Assembly: GCA_973895155.1 (NCBI GenBank)
Contig: OZ316894.1
Span: forward strand, 186,001 to 250,000
Direction: 5' to 3'
DNA: 64,000 nt
Source: Marsupella aquatica
Taxonomy: Eukaryota; Plantae; Marchantiophyta
Part shown: positions 47,196-59,454 of the stretch, piece after piece
How positions within the stretch are numbered: position 1 is the first letter of the stretch
Layout: each line of letters begins with the position of its first letter
Translations under genes and position numbers: made by a program
The notes under the pieces: generated by a model
The model's database searches: none
What the model saw: the letters and a program-made list of their open reading frames with translations, nothing else
Told to the model about the DNA's origin: nothing

Positions 47196-49210
47196 TTCCG
47201 TCTAAACCAGGTTTAGCACGTGCGTTAGGGGTATCTTAGGCCGCTATCATTAGCATAACGACAGTATTTAGGTAGCCATTATGAGTAGGAAATCATTAGT
47301 CAATAAAGGGGATTCATGTTCGGGCTGGCGGCGCGTCGCTATTCGCACGCCCAGGTTGCGATCGTGTAATGGGCCCCTTGCCCCCCACCTCGGGTCCGTA
47401 TAACAAACTTTGGGAGGCGGCCACTGTCACGCGCTGACTCGGACCGGCGGAGTGGCCGGTACACTGCAAGCGTGAGAGGTTCGGCCTATAAGCAACGAGG
47501 AGGCTTTGGGCGATCGACGAGCTCTCAGGGTATAAAAGGGGGTCGATCCTTTGCAAGTGCACCAGTCATTCAGTCCACGCGCCAGCTTCGACCCCAGCTC
47601 TCTCCCTTCTAGTCGTCACTGCTTTCTCCTCTGAATGTCGCACACGATCCTCTCCAGTTTGGCCCTACGATTCTGCATGCAGTTCCTGTCTACCGGAAGA
47701 CACTTGGCCGACTCATTGGAACACGCCAACCCGCGCCGATTCGAAATCGAACGCGAGTACGAGAGAGCCATCCGCCTAGCAACACGACACCATTGTATCT
47801 TTAACTTTGGCTACCCGTCTCAGAGCGAGCTTTACCGACCGGCAGAGGTAGCAGGGTATTTCTTCAACGGAGACAAATATATCGGGTTCTGGGAAGCTTT
47901 GCTTCGACTTCCGGACGAAGTCTTCAATATCCCGGGCATGATCGACTTGCAACGACATCACTTTGACCACATCCCTGCTCGGGTCCAGGCTAACATCAAC
48001 AGCGCGTCCAGCACTACCCATTCAACAAGGCCCTCTGTACTTGCTTCGGAGCTACTCTGCCAGCACCTACAGAACTTCATGGGAACTAGACCCTCAACCA
48101 CCGGCGCCGGGCCAGTCAACCCCATACCCGTACCCGCGCCAATGCAGGCTCAGGCTCAGCTTCAGCCTCAGTCTCAGCTTCACCCTCAGCCTAGCCAATC
48201 CCCACCACCGATCGTCTCGCCAGAGCAAGTGCGCTCCGTCATCAACGCTGTGGACCTTAGCGACGACGATGAGGCCACCCCCCCTTTGCTCAGGCGGCCC
48301 CGAGGAGCGGCTCCAGCAGACAATGCGGTGACCGTGGCCGCCCCAACACCAATACTAACGGCGGTGGCATTACCTATACCCGATCGAGAGGATGGGGAGG
48401 TGTCACCTTCCCCAAGCCAGTCACAGGGAAAGAAGAGGAAGGAGGCCGCTGCTGCATCCGGGTTACCCATGGCCATGGTAGCCGCGGTCAAGGTGACAAT
48501 GCACCGCATGGGGGAAAACGTGCATAAAAATATCCTCCATCCCAAGCATGCGGTGTACCTGAAAACTCGCCTCTCTCCCCTGGAACACTTGCAGGTACTA
48601 CGGGGATGATATGACGGAATTTGTCAAGAATTATGACGATGCCCGTCAACATACTCGGCTGCGGGGAAGGAATATGTCCCTCATGGAAGAAAGGCTCAAG
48701 ATGATCTTCGGGTTACCCGAAGGTGACTACCACGTTGAATCACGGGCTCCCGGGGGTAAGGGAGCCAAGTACCAATCCTCGGGTTTTCCCTCCGAGGGAG
48801 CAGTGGACAACGGGTTCGTGATGAGGACTTGTGTGATGCCTAGCCATGAATCACTGGGCTAGTTTAAAGTGGAAAAGGGAAGTGTACCCTAGAAACACCT
48901 TAGTATAGTTACAGAAATGAGGAAAATATAAACAATTAAGGGTGACTATGGAACCCAAGCCGAGGCCGGAAGTAAGGATGCCAAGGGAAAGAACACGATT
49001 AGGGTTAGGGCACGCTAAAGTGCCGGCGGCTAGGGGTCACCAACGGGAGAGGAACGCCGAGGAGGAGAGGGGTAAGGACCGCTCGCGAGGAATAGTGGCT
49101 CATTTGCAGGCACGAATTGGGCAGACGACTACAGGCGGCCAACTACTGTCAACTGCTTAGGCAAGCACTCAGGGTGGGAGTAGATACCGGCTATCAAAAT
49201 CGATTAGGGT

Positions 49211-52200
49211 ATGAGCAACGTCAATCAAGCGGCACATTTTTGGGGATGCCTGTTCGAACGGGCAACTGAGTACATTGGTACTTACGAGGACGAAGAATCA
49301 GAGAGAGCAGCTCGAGAACGGCAGGAGCTTGCTCGATTGTGGGAGCTGCAGAAAGCTGCCTTCTTAGGAGGAGAACTAATCAAGGCCGAATTCTTGTGGA
49401 CTCCTACTACCAATCAACTCGATGACCTCCTGTTTTGCGAAGACAGAGTCGTCGGCATCTGCGAAGCCATCAAACGCTGCAACGACCTACACTGGGAGTT
49501 GAAGGGTAGCACGGAGGGGTGGACAAAGGCAACCGTGCTCGGAGAGATATCCACGGCAGCCGAGATGAAGAGGAAGGGGAATAACAACAACGAGGCCACC
49601 CCGGCAAAAAGAACGAGGTCAGCGGCACCAAAGAAACCAGCCAAACAGCAGAGCAGGAGGCAGAGAGAAGCCGAGGAGGAGGAGGTCGACCCCATCAACG
49701 CCGTTCCAACAAGAGATGACACCTGGAAAGGCTGGGTGGCGATCCTCCCCGAGGAGGTCCAATTACACTTTGCAAGAGAGGAGGATGCATGCTTTACGGC
49801 TATGCAGACTCGGAAGTATCAGGGCTTCATGGCCGGATCCGGCTTGGAAGCCTTCGTAAGGTTACCGTGGTTGAAGCCGGAGGTGCCGAATTCAGACTTA
49901 CTGGAATTCATGGGATCATGGGAGTCCGAGACCAATTCCACAAGGGTGTATGGGAAGGATTTCTATCTCACTCCCCAGGTGATTGCCGAGGTGTTTGGGT
50001 TGCCAATGGGCAATAAGACCAAGGTAGATACGAGGAAGACCTTGCCAAACACGGAGTTCAGGTCGTTTCCAGGGCCTTCAACGAAGAATGGCTTCTTTCG
50101 TAGCACTTGCACCAACCCGCATATAGGAGAGATGATCGATTTCTTGCGGGTAACCATGCATTGCAACTGGCCGAGAGCAGAGATCGGCAAGGCACAGGTC
50201 TATCTGGCAAAGAGGCCAGACCCAAGCCGGGACTACAACAGTTACCTCCTCACTCAACTAAAGAAGATCTTGAAGGAGGAACAGCTGGTGATCGGCAAGG
50301 GAAGCGTGTCCCGGCTTGGTTATCACATGCCGCTATTGTGCCGGTATGCCCGGAGTAAGACCTTTGCCCCGGTACTTCCCCTACAGGCAAGGGCACCAGA
50401 GGAGGTTCCGGAACAGAGGCCGGCAACGGAGAAACCCAACCCGCCCGACAGTCCTACAATTGAGCAGGTGTTTAGGCCAAGGACGGAGGACTTGCCGATG
50501 CAGCAACCAGGCATGCAGAATCTGCTGAAACTGCTGGAGAAAGAAAAGAGAACGGCATCGGCAACGACAACAACAACGGCAACAATGCAGGACACTGCTC
50601 CAGAGGTAGGCCTAAACCGGCTTACAAGGGAAAACCCCTTTACTGGAGTCAAGGAGAGAAAGAGGCCGGAACATGAGCCAGGAGTCCGGATGTATGTAGG
50701 AGCCTCTAGTCCCGAAGCCGAAGAGAAGCAGGCCGTAGCTCCCGGCCACGACAAGGAGAACAGGAGATCAACACGGAAGCCGGAGGAGGAACCAAGACCG
50801 GCAAGAGGTGAAGCCGTGTTCACGACAAAACTAGGAGAACAGCAGGAGAAGCCGGTAGTCCAAGCCGAGGAGGAGGCGGTGGAGGACTACAGCAATGATA
50901 ACTCCGGCTACGGGTCGAATCATCATGTTCCAGGAGTAAGGACCTATGGCCGGTTCATCCCCACGCTCCCAAGAGTAGTCCGAGGAGACCCGAGCCAGCA
51001 GAGCAGCCCCGAGTCTCCCCCGCCAGATGTCGCTCCCCCGAGCTTTGACGGCATAAAACAGACGGCGCAGGAATTTCAGGAGCGAATCAGGGAGGAAGAG
51101 GAGGCAGCCCTGGCTAAGGAGAAGGATTTACCAGGAGGAGAATGGCCAGAGGACATCAGGCGGCTTGCAGAAAAACGAAGCAGCCTGCCAGCCATAATAG
51201 AAGAGATCCGCAAGGCGGCTTGGGAACAAAGGCCGCGGTGGATGATGCCGATGACTGCTACTTCCTCCACCTATGCTAAAAATAGAGCCATGGAGTACGG
51301 GGAGATGTGTGGAGAGCTGGCGCTCAGCATCTTTGGGGAGGAGTTGGGGTAGGGACCCTTTTTCCAGAGGGAGATGTTGGAGAAGCGCCAATTAGAAGAA
51401 GCGGTGGCTTTGGAAAGAAGCAAGAAGGACGAGGTCATCCATCGGCTTAGGGAAAGGGAAGCCAAAATCAAGGACCTGAGGGCGGCCAAGAGAGCCCAAG
51501 ATGAGCTGCGGATTAAGCAGCATGAGCTAAATATCATGCAGGGCCAGTTGGATACCGCACAGTCAGACAACCGGATTATCGAGAATAAACTGACTCGAAC
51601 CTTAGATGAGTTGGCCGATGCGATCAAGGAGCGGGAGAAGTGGAAGCGAGAGCTGAGGAATGCAGAGGAGGCCCACATAACAGCCAACAACCGGGCCATG
51701 GCGGAAACCCAAAAAAAGGAATGGGCGTTGAAGGGGGAGCTCGAAAAAATCCGCGGAGCCCTTGAGCAGAAGGAGGCCGAGTTAGGGAAATCCTATCAAG
51801 GGATTATTGCGCTACAGCAGGAGCTTGCGTCCCTGACGGCCAGCTTCAAGGCCGACCTACGGGAGAAGGACAATATGCTCGATCAGACTTACGCCAAGAT
51901 GAACCAGATGGAGTCTGTCATCATTGCGGAGCTTGACAAGGAGTTAAGAGCAACCCGGGAGGAGAGAGCTGCGTTTAAGAAGGAGTTGGAGGAAGCCCAG
52001 AAGGAGCTGGAGGAGGCGCGCAAGGACCTGGACGAAGTACAGGAGGAGTTGGAGGAAAGCACGCGGAAGCTGGAGAACTTACAGCGGCGAGCCGACAACC
52101 AAACGGAGCGGCTGAAGAAACAAACCGCAGTATTTAAATGCTTGGCTTCATCAGGACCAACTCCAATTGGGGCCACCAAGTTACCAGGAGTGGTACTGGC

Positions 52201-52702
52201 CGAAGAACAAGCCGCGCCACTTGCACCAATGCCGGAAGTAAGTGGGAAGGGGAAGGGACCAGCTGCCGAACCAGAAAAGAAGAAGAAGCGGAAACCTTCA
52301 GGGTCAAAGAGTAATACGGCTCTACAAGCCGTGGTGACCAAGGAGGTAGACCCAGCACCGACCCCAGGCAGGATCACGACAGAGGATCCAACTACCCTAG
52401 AAGGAGGGGATGGCAAAGCCGAGGCCAAGATACTCGGTAATGAAGCCGAGGTACCGAATCCGCCACTTGAGTGTGCAGGGGAGGCTGTAGCCGATGCTGA
52501 GGCTGTAGCCGATGCAGAGGCCATAGCCGATGCAGAGGCCATAGCCGATGCAGAGGCCGTAGCCGATGCCAAGGCAGAAGCCGAAGGTGGACCCAGTCAG
52601 GCCGATGGAGAGTTGACTAAGTCCAGGGCAGGTAATCTGTCAGAGAACAAACCTACGGCAGTGGCTGAGGAGGGAGCGTTGGGGGCGTCCACTGAGGAAT
52701 AG
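49211..52702 (+). pseudogene. Family A internal gene, ~1160 codons with a single internal TAG (51350-51352)
   Basis: ORFs 49211-51352 and 51374-52702 are in one frame; the stop is a sense codon in A1 and A3. Confidence 0.88.
52481..52570 (+). repeat. 18-bp coding tandem repeat (EA[V/I]ADA x5)
   Basis: GAGGC(T/C)(G/A)TAGCCGATGC(T/A/C) five times; fewer units in A1 and A3. Confidence 0.9.
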
Positions 52703-54690
52703 ACACCGCTGCCATGACGGTGGTGGAGGGCCGCTCCTTTCAAGGAGGGTGGACGTGGAGGGAGGAGGCGTGAGTGGGCAGGGCGGGCTCGGATCTCTAA
52801 GTTTAGGATTAGGATCAGGACCAGGAGGCGGCCCTGACACTTAGCTTAGTGGGATTGCGGTTCCACTGGTAAGAGCAACACTTGTACTCCTGTCTTGCTG
52901 TACAAAGGTAGATTCAGTTAGGTAGATTCAGATAAGTAGATTAGGCTTACGCTGCAAGGAATTAGGCGGATCCACTACCAGGATAAGTACCTGGGCTGCG
53001 GGGAGCTCAGGGCCTCTTCTTTAGCAAGTTTTTAGTTGCACCAGCCGGGCTGGGATCAAGTAGTAAGAGAAGCTCTCGGTTAGTCATACAGTGACCCTTG
53101 TGTATATTCATGTTTCCTCATGCCTAAGAGCTGAATAGAGTTGGCCTCACGGCTTAGTTCGCAGAGCTTGTGTATGAGATGTACTGTTTGTATGGCAAGT
53201 GCATGGTATGACCCAGTCAGAAGGAGTCATTTTGCTATTTGTGTGTCGCATTAACTTGTGTGAAGAGTGCCCACATCAACTAATAGGTGAAGGAAAGTAA
53301 GCAAGGGAGTGAGAGTTGGATGTGTTGAGCTGAGAGAGGTCTTAGCGGCTTAACCAAGCCTATTGGGGATCATTCCGGCGGCGGAATCCAAATATACCTA
53401 ACCAGAAGGAGGGGAAGACAAGGGAAGGCCTAGATTAGGTCGGCTACGTATCTCATGACCCGATGAAGGATCTGTCCAGTATATGTGTGTAAAATGTTAA
53501 TAGTAGTAGTAGAAGGAGGTTAGCAGCGTCCCATGCCGCTAAGCCGCGAAAACGGCCTCGCCAAGCGCGAAACCTGCGGGAACCGGCTTGTGCTGGGGGG
53601 TTTCTTGGGTTTAGGGAGCCATGGGACGCACCACAACTTGTCTCATCCCCGAGATAGCTGAGCGACTGGAGTTCCAACGGTACGCCCTCCACATGATGGA
53701 ACCCTGGGGTGAGATCTCCGCTGCCCAGGTTATCCAAGTCGAGAACTATCGACCTAGGAGGTGGGCATCGTACTTCGCTAAGAAATTCCATGAAGAGATG
53801 GAGAGGCGAAGAAAGATGTTATACATCGGCGGAAAGGCGTATTTTGCAAGCCACATCAAGATCATTCTTGAGTGGTACGCCCGGTTTGATCGACGAACCC
53901 TTCCCCGTGTCAACGTACCTAAACTGGTCCCAGCTAGGTGGGTTTTCCCGGCCTTGGAGAGACGGCCCCAACCCGAGGCCCGAAGTCCAACGGCCACGCA
54001 CGCTTCACCCACCCCACCCCCACAGGTAGCTGTAGCCGTGGCCGAGGAGGTACCGGATGGGTCGGTAATCGCAGCCATAGATACGATCAACCAGGCTGGG
54101 CCAAGTACAGAAGTCGGGACCGTGGAGGCCTTACTCGAGCCCGGGTTTCCCGAAGACCCACCGGGGGTTATTCCGGAGGACCGGATGTTGCTGGAGGAGG
54201 ACACTCCAGCCCCTTCCAACACTACGTCTCCAGGGCTGGATGTCACTACCCCGGCCCCCGCACATGTTGACGTCTGCCCGTGCCCAAATCCGGACAGGCA
54301 CAACCTGGACCACCCGGAACTATTCGTACGAGGTACATTTCTGAACGGGCTTTTGGGAGATTTCTCTCAACAGATTGCCCGGGATACCGGGGAGTTCATG
54401 GCACGGAAGGTAGCCTGTTTTTTCAATCAGGAGTTAGTTGCCGCAGTAAAGGTAGGTCGGGCCCAGTCAAAGGCCCTTCAGAGAATAGAGCGGTACCGGG
54501 TGGAGTCCGTATACTTAAAGGATGAAGTGGCGGCTCAAGAGGCTGAGCTTCTGCAACTACGACCCAAGGTTGCAGCCGCCGATGAGTTGTTAGCAAAGGC
54601 GCACACCCTTACCGCCCTAGCCAAACAGGCCAAGGCTGGGAACGAGGCCGAGATTTCACGGCTCCAGTCCCAGATTGACAGTTTGAAGAA

Positions 54691-56998
54691 TGTCACGCGA
54701 TTGACATGGGTCTTAACACCAAAGACGTCACTATGGGTGCCAAAACCATCTCCTTGTACCTGAGGATCACGAAGGGATGTTGTGAAGGCCGGTAAACACC
54801 AATTTATGCCCTTAACACCAGACTATCATAGCAAAGCTCTATCACACATCACCCAAGCTCAATCCCAAGGAACCAAGGTTGGGGATCAGATCAGCGCTCA
54901 TGATAGTTCTGGTGAGAAGGGGTCTTCATATCGGGCCCGTACACACAGGGCCTAGCGCTACGGTGCGCATAGGTCTATACGTATGCTTACTGTCATAGGT
55001 ATGTTTCTATTCCGCCGCCGGAATGTACCCATAAACCAGTGACTCCTGACTGATTCCCAGCTTAGGGACTTCTAAGCCATTGCCCCACCACTCTGCCATT
55101 CCACTCTCAGCAATCAGAGCTGTGATAGCCCTCACCCAACCCACTTCAATGCACCCGGTACACCTCTCAGTGGCGCTGCTAGTCTCATCATACACTCAGA
55201 TTGCCTCACACACACACACATCCATGAGAGAAATGAGGCCTGAAAGGAAAACTCAATTGGATTCAAAGATGTGCACAATAGTTCACTGAGAACACTTGAT
55301 CCGAACACTAGGCCCGAAGGCTGTCTCCTCCAGATTGCGACGTGCTTGCCCTGCAAGCCCCGTGCTTGCCATGCAAGCTCAATCCTGAACTCAACCTCCT
55401 TCACTGCACTTCATTCTTGGGGGCACATACAGATCTCACACCTCCAATTCAGAACGTCAAGTTACGCATGCATAGTTGACTCGACTTCAAAGTTGGTACC
55501 AGGCCTAACGGCGATCTACCCCAGACTGCAATGAGGCCCGGCCTCACGCTTGCCCTGCAAGCTCAGCTCTGGCCATAGATCCCTTAGTGCTCTCCACCAG
55601 ACAAAGGCCGGGACTCCCCATGGGTCACGTAGCCTTGCCAGACTGAACTGTAAATGCTCCTCCTGTTGCCCCTTAATCAGTACCTCAGCCTCCCTAATGT
55701 GCCCACCGCAAATCGAATTGAAATCCTCCCCACAGTTTACAATCACCAATACATCACCTATCACCAAGGCTCTGTATCGGGGGAAAAGAACCCAGTTGTG
55801 CTGCCCACTAGAAAGAGCCACAATCCAGCTCGCAAACCTAGCAACCCGTTGTTGTGAAGCTTGGCTGATTACTCCCTGAGTAATAGCACAACCAAGCTCT
55901 CCCCAACACGCAGCGTCCAAGTCCAGCCTTGCTTGCACAGAGCTCCTCCCCGCTGCTCAGTCTAAGTGAGATCACACAACTGAAGTCCCCCCCCCATCTC
56001 TACCGGGGGGCTGCTCTATATACTCTCATACTGAGCCCAAATGGCTGGGTACTACGCTGCTGGAGCCCCATCCCAGCCCTAACAGAGCCGCCACTATCTC
56101 TAACTACTAAACCCTAACTCGCAACTTTATTTCTATCTCGAATTGGCTATGTACTTCGGATTCGGCCCTCCTCCATGGTTTTCGCGAGCTTGCGCCTCCT
56201 CTCCCGATTTCTCTATTTAACCATTTTCTGCGTGGATAGCAGCGTTGGAAGCGGCTTGAGCTCCTCTTTCCAACGAGGTCAATTATAGCCGATTTGGTCA
56301 AATACATAGAGTTATGCCCCCGCAACCGAGAGGGGGTACTCACTGCTGCGCTAACCCGAGTTACATAGCTAACCCGAGTTTGGCTAACCTAGCTATCCTA
56401 TCTAACCCGAGTAGAGCTAACCCGTGGTCTCGGGTTAGGCCGCTACCCGCTACCCGCTATCCGCTATCCGCTAACCTAGCCTAAGCTGAGCCCGAATCCG
56501 AGCTTACCTATGCTAACCTGAGCCCGAGTTTAGGCTAACCCAAGTTCAATCTAATCCGAACGTAGGTTAAGCCTAAGCTGAAGCCGTGCTTACCTGAGCT
56601 AAGCTGAAGCCGTGCTCACCTGAGCTAAGCCGTGGTCGAGCTTGGGTTAACCCGAAACTGAAGCCGAATCCGCTAATTCCGGCCATAAGTTAACCCGTCA
56701 CACTAATCAGGCCGTATCTCTCTTAATACACCTCCGTTTCCCGAGTGTTTTATATCGATTTTACTCGCCTTGACCAGATCTTTCCAATGCTCTTTACAGA
56801 TCCGGATTTGGTGACATATTGAAAGAGATATGGTCGTCGACCACCCGCGACATAGTTTTTATTTCCCTACTCTTAACGCCATGATTGCCCTTATTCTTGC
56901 CATCTTGCTAATTGTTATGTAATATCAATAGCTACTCCTTGCATACAGCAACCTACTTAATCAGATTACAAAATAAGGACCATGTCATTGGCGTCACA
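54691..56998 (-). mobile_element. Element D: 2308-bp probable solo LTR of a B-related family, no convincing gene
   Basis: On the minus strand TGTGACGCC...CGCGTGACA, same end motifs as the B LTRs. TSD AAGAA at 54686-54690 and 56999-57003; empty site TTGAAGAATCAAAC in the 5' LTR of B. Confidence 0.88.
56349..56700. repeat. CTAACCCGAG / CTAAGCTGA motif array inside element D
   Basis: Repeated (G)CTAACCCGAG(T), CCGCTA(C/T)CCGCTA and CTAAGCTGAAGCCGTGCT units. Confidence 0.75.
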
Positions 56999-58217
56999 AA
57001 GAATCAAACTGTCATCTGGCAGAAAGACCTGGAGGAGGCCAAAGAACGGGCCCAGCGGGATACTGCGGAGATAGCCACGCTACAAGCCGAAGTAGCGCGG
57101 CTTCAAACTGAAGCTGAGAAGCAGGACCAGTTGGTGGGCAAGCTGACGAGCGACGCCCAGCAGCTGGAGGAGGCATGCCAGGAGGCAGCAGAGGAGACGA
57201 ACGCGGCGAAGCGAGAGAACGAATCTCTGCTAGACCAAGTCCAGCTCCTCAAGTCGGACAACCACAGACTTCGCAAGCAGTGGGATGACCGCTCCCACTC
57301 GGGCGGCTCTGGCAAGCGTGCCAGACATTAGCGGCGGAGTAGGAATAGCTAAGTCAGGCTATTGGGATAGGCACCTGCCTTAGTTACAACAGCACTGCCA
57401 TGCTGTCCAGCCTGCGTAGATTAGGATCTTCTAATAAGACACAGCCATTTTTCGGCCTGACAGTCAGCTTAGTTAGGACATCAGTCAGCAAATCTTCGGA
57501 CGGGAGGCCACCCTGTTCCTCGGCCCTTAGTATTTAGTGCACCCCTCGGTAGAGGCAAGGGGGGGGGGGGGGTTTTAGTCTCAACTTGGACATCCGCGGT
57601 ATGTGCAAGGAGTCCCGACCTCTGGGAGTGGAAGAGTATCAAGGGGAGGGGGTAGGACTAAGCTCGCTGGGCGAGTGCGGAGCCGGGCTCCGTTGTAGTA
57701 TACACCCTCGGCCTTGAACCTGTTCACTCCAGGGCTGTCGGGTCAATCAAGTGTACGCATATGTCCCCTTTGTAGTAAAATCGTTTCCCACTATTTCCTT
57801 CGTGTAAATTGAGATTGTATGCTTGTGCGTGTATGTGTAAGTGTGAATCTCGTGTATAGGCGACAACGCCGGGCCGAACGCACTACCCGAGTCATGCACG
57901 GGATGCAGCTTGCGGGTAAGTGATTGCGAGCACGGGTTGAGGACCTGTATCATCGAATCCGGATTGAAGGCGGACAGCACAAAGGTTTAGAAGCCCTTAA
58001 GCCGGGGTCGATCCTGCTATCGACTAAGGTACGTTCCAACGGCGGAACACAAACCATACCTAGGATGTGTCTGTATCTAACAGTAGGCGCACTTAGCGCT
58101 AGTTTACACGAATTAGGTGCATTACGTGCTTCCCTCCCTGCCCGAACCCTCATTGTTACTAAAAATGTGCCCGTCTAAGCCGAAGCCCGAGTTAAGGCCG
58201 ACGCCGACGACGTGACA

Positions 58218-58563
58218 ACCATTCTGTGTGTTCTCTCCAAAACAAGCAGACACTTGAGGCATCATCACTTACATCATTTATCTTAGAGGGATTTTCACCG
58301 ACATCAGGGAGTCCACATTCCCTGGCAAAATAAGCTGGGTCTCGTTGGAATTCTGCAGGATTCCAATCATGCACACTCTTCTCGGCTGTCTTGTGAGTTG
58401 AGGTAGCTCTCGCAGTACGCGGTTCTACCAAAGCGGCTTCCGTGCCACCCCCACCAACTACAACTAAGTTTGCTTCCTGTGGCGGCTCCTCTACAGGTTC
58501 TATGGCAATTTGAGGAGTTTTCGTAACTCCATTGAGTTTCAAGGGAGCCACACCACCCATCAT
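58218..58563 (-). pseudogene. 5' part of the RING-H2 gene split by element B
   Basis: AYFARECGLPDVGE then (1-nt frameshift) PQVSACFGENTQNG, which reads on as YRLNSSVMIP at 23580 once B and one TSD copy are removed. Confidence 0.7.
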
Positions 58564-59454
58564 AACTGTCCTGAGGACACATACAAATGCAACAGTCCAA
58601 CAAAGTAAAAGAGCTAGAGTAGTTCAAGCTACAGGAAACTGTGAATTGAATGGAAGCTTGAGAAATTTGAAGAGGCGCACTCACTTTGACAGACTCAAAT
58701 CATTCAGCTTGATATGAGCGGCCAACTTCTACCACAGCGCAATTGCCTTGCCTCGACTTGCCTTGCCTCGCCTCGCCTCGCCTCAACTTGCCTCCAATCT
58801 CTTTGAGCCTTAGTTGATACAAAATTGTCAAATGGCACAGGGAATGTCAACTGGAACTCAAAGTGTACACATCAAGCTCAATGTGAGGGCACGCGCATAA
58901 AGACATGAACTCTAGCCAAAAAGAGGGTGCGCTCGTAGAGAATGAACTGTAGCCAAAAGGAGGCAAAACAACTTAGCTTCACCAACACGCACAAAGGACC
59001 GCATGAGAAGTTGGGAGATACGCTAACTGAAATGATGTGTGAAGGACATGAAAGCAACCCACACGGCGCCACCGCATCCTTCGCTCGCCTTTCCATTTAA
59101 TGACCTTGTTTAAATTTCAAAATGCAGTCTAAAGGATGCGTAGGTTGAGGTGTCCTATCCACTTCAGGACAAAAGTTACGGCTTACGCTCATAAACCCCA
59201 ATCCTTAAGTGACGCTTAGTGCTAAAGAATCATGATGTACAAGAGTCCAAGTTAGTAGGTGGGAGATGGTGCAATCCTGGCCACACAAGAGTCCTTAACA
59301 TCCTTGGCCTGAAGGGGTAGTCCTTGGTCCTTGCCTCCTTTGGTACCCCTCGATCTTGCTTTCCACCTGCTGCAGTGCAATTTGTTTTAATTTTCAGCTG
59401 GTTTGGTTTCCTGACCCTTGCAACAGATTTTTAGCCATGAAACTTGTATCTATG

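Larger units (their letters stand above)
48832..53635 (+). mobile_element. Family A element, copy A2: complete 4804-bp TG...CA unit with 5-bp TSD (probable solo LTR)
   Basis: TGTGATGC...GCACCACA (7/8 inverted match). TSD ACTTG at 48827-48831 and 53636-53640; empty site GGACTTGCCTCATCCCC in the 5' LTR of B. No internal direct repeats, gag or pol. Confidence 0.93.
47635..57331 (+). pseudogene. LTR-encoded gene of element B (3' LTR copy), broken by a small deletion near 48567 and by insertions A2 and D
   Basis: ORF pieces 47635-48609, 48611-48831, 53641-54690 and 57004-57331 match 24056-26636. Confidence 0.85.
23586..58217 (+). mobile_element. Ty3/gypsy non-chromovirus (Athila/Tat-like) element B with ~3.9-kb gene-containing LTRs; carries nested C, A2 and D
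   Basis: TGTGACGC...GTGACA LTR termini, TSD ACCAT at 23581-23585 and 58218-58222, PBS at 27533, PPT at 47150, gag-PR-RT-RH-IN between the LTRs. Confidence 0.95.
47163..58217 (+). repeat. Element B 3' LTR (segments 47163-48831, 53641-54690, 57004-58217), interrupted by A2 and D
   Basis: Colinear with 23586-27520; ends CGTGACA plus TSD ACCAT. Confidence 0.93.

Noticed and set aside
53621-54763. Independent 380-aa gene
   Set aside because: Chimeric ORF: start codon from the end of A2, body from the B LTR gene, tail from element D. ORF 56912-57331 is chimeric in the same way.
55007-56343. Short ORFs inside element D as an LTR gene
   Set aside because: All 140 aa or less, on both strands, with no similarity I could see to the A/B/C accessory proteins.
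58743-58795. TTGCC/TCGCC pentamer run
   Set aside because: Ordinary short microsatellite-like tract with no further structure.
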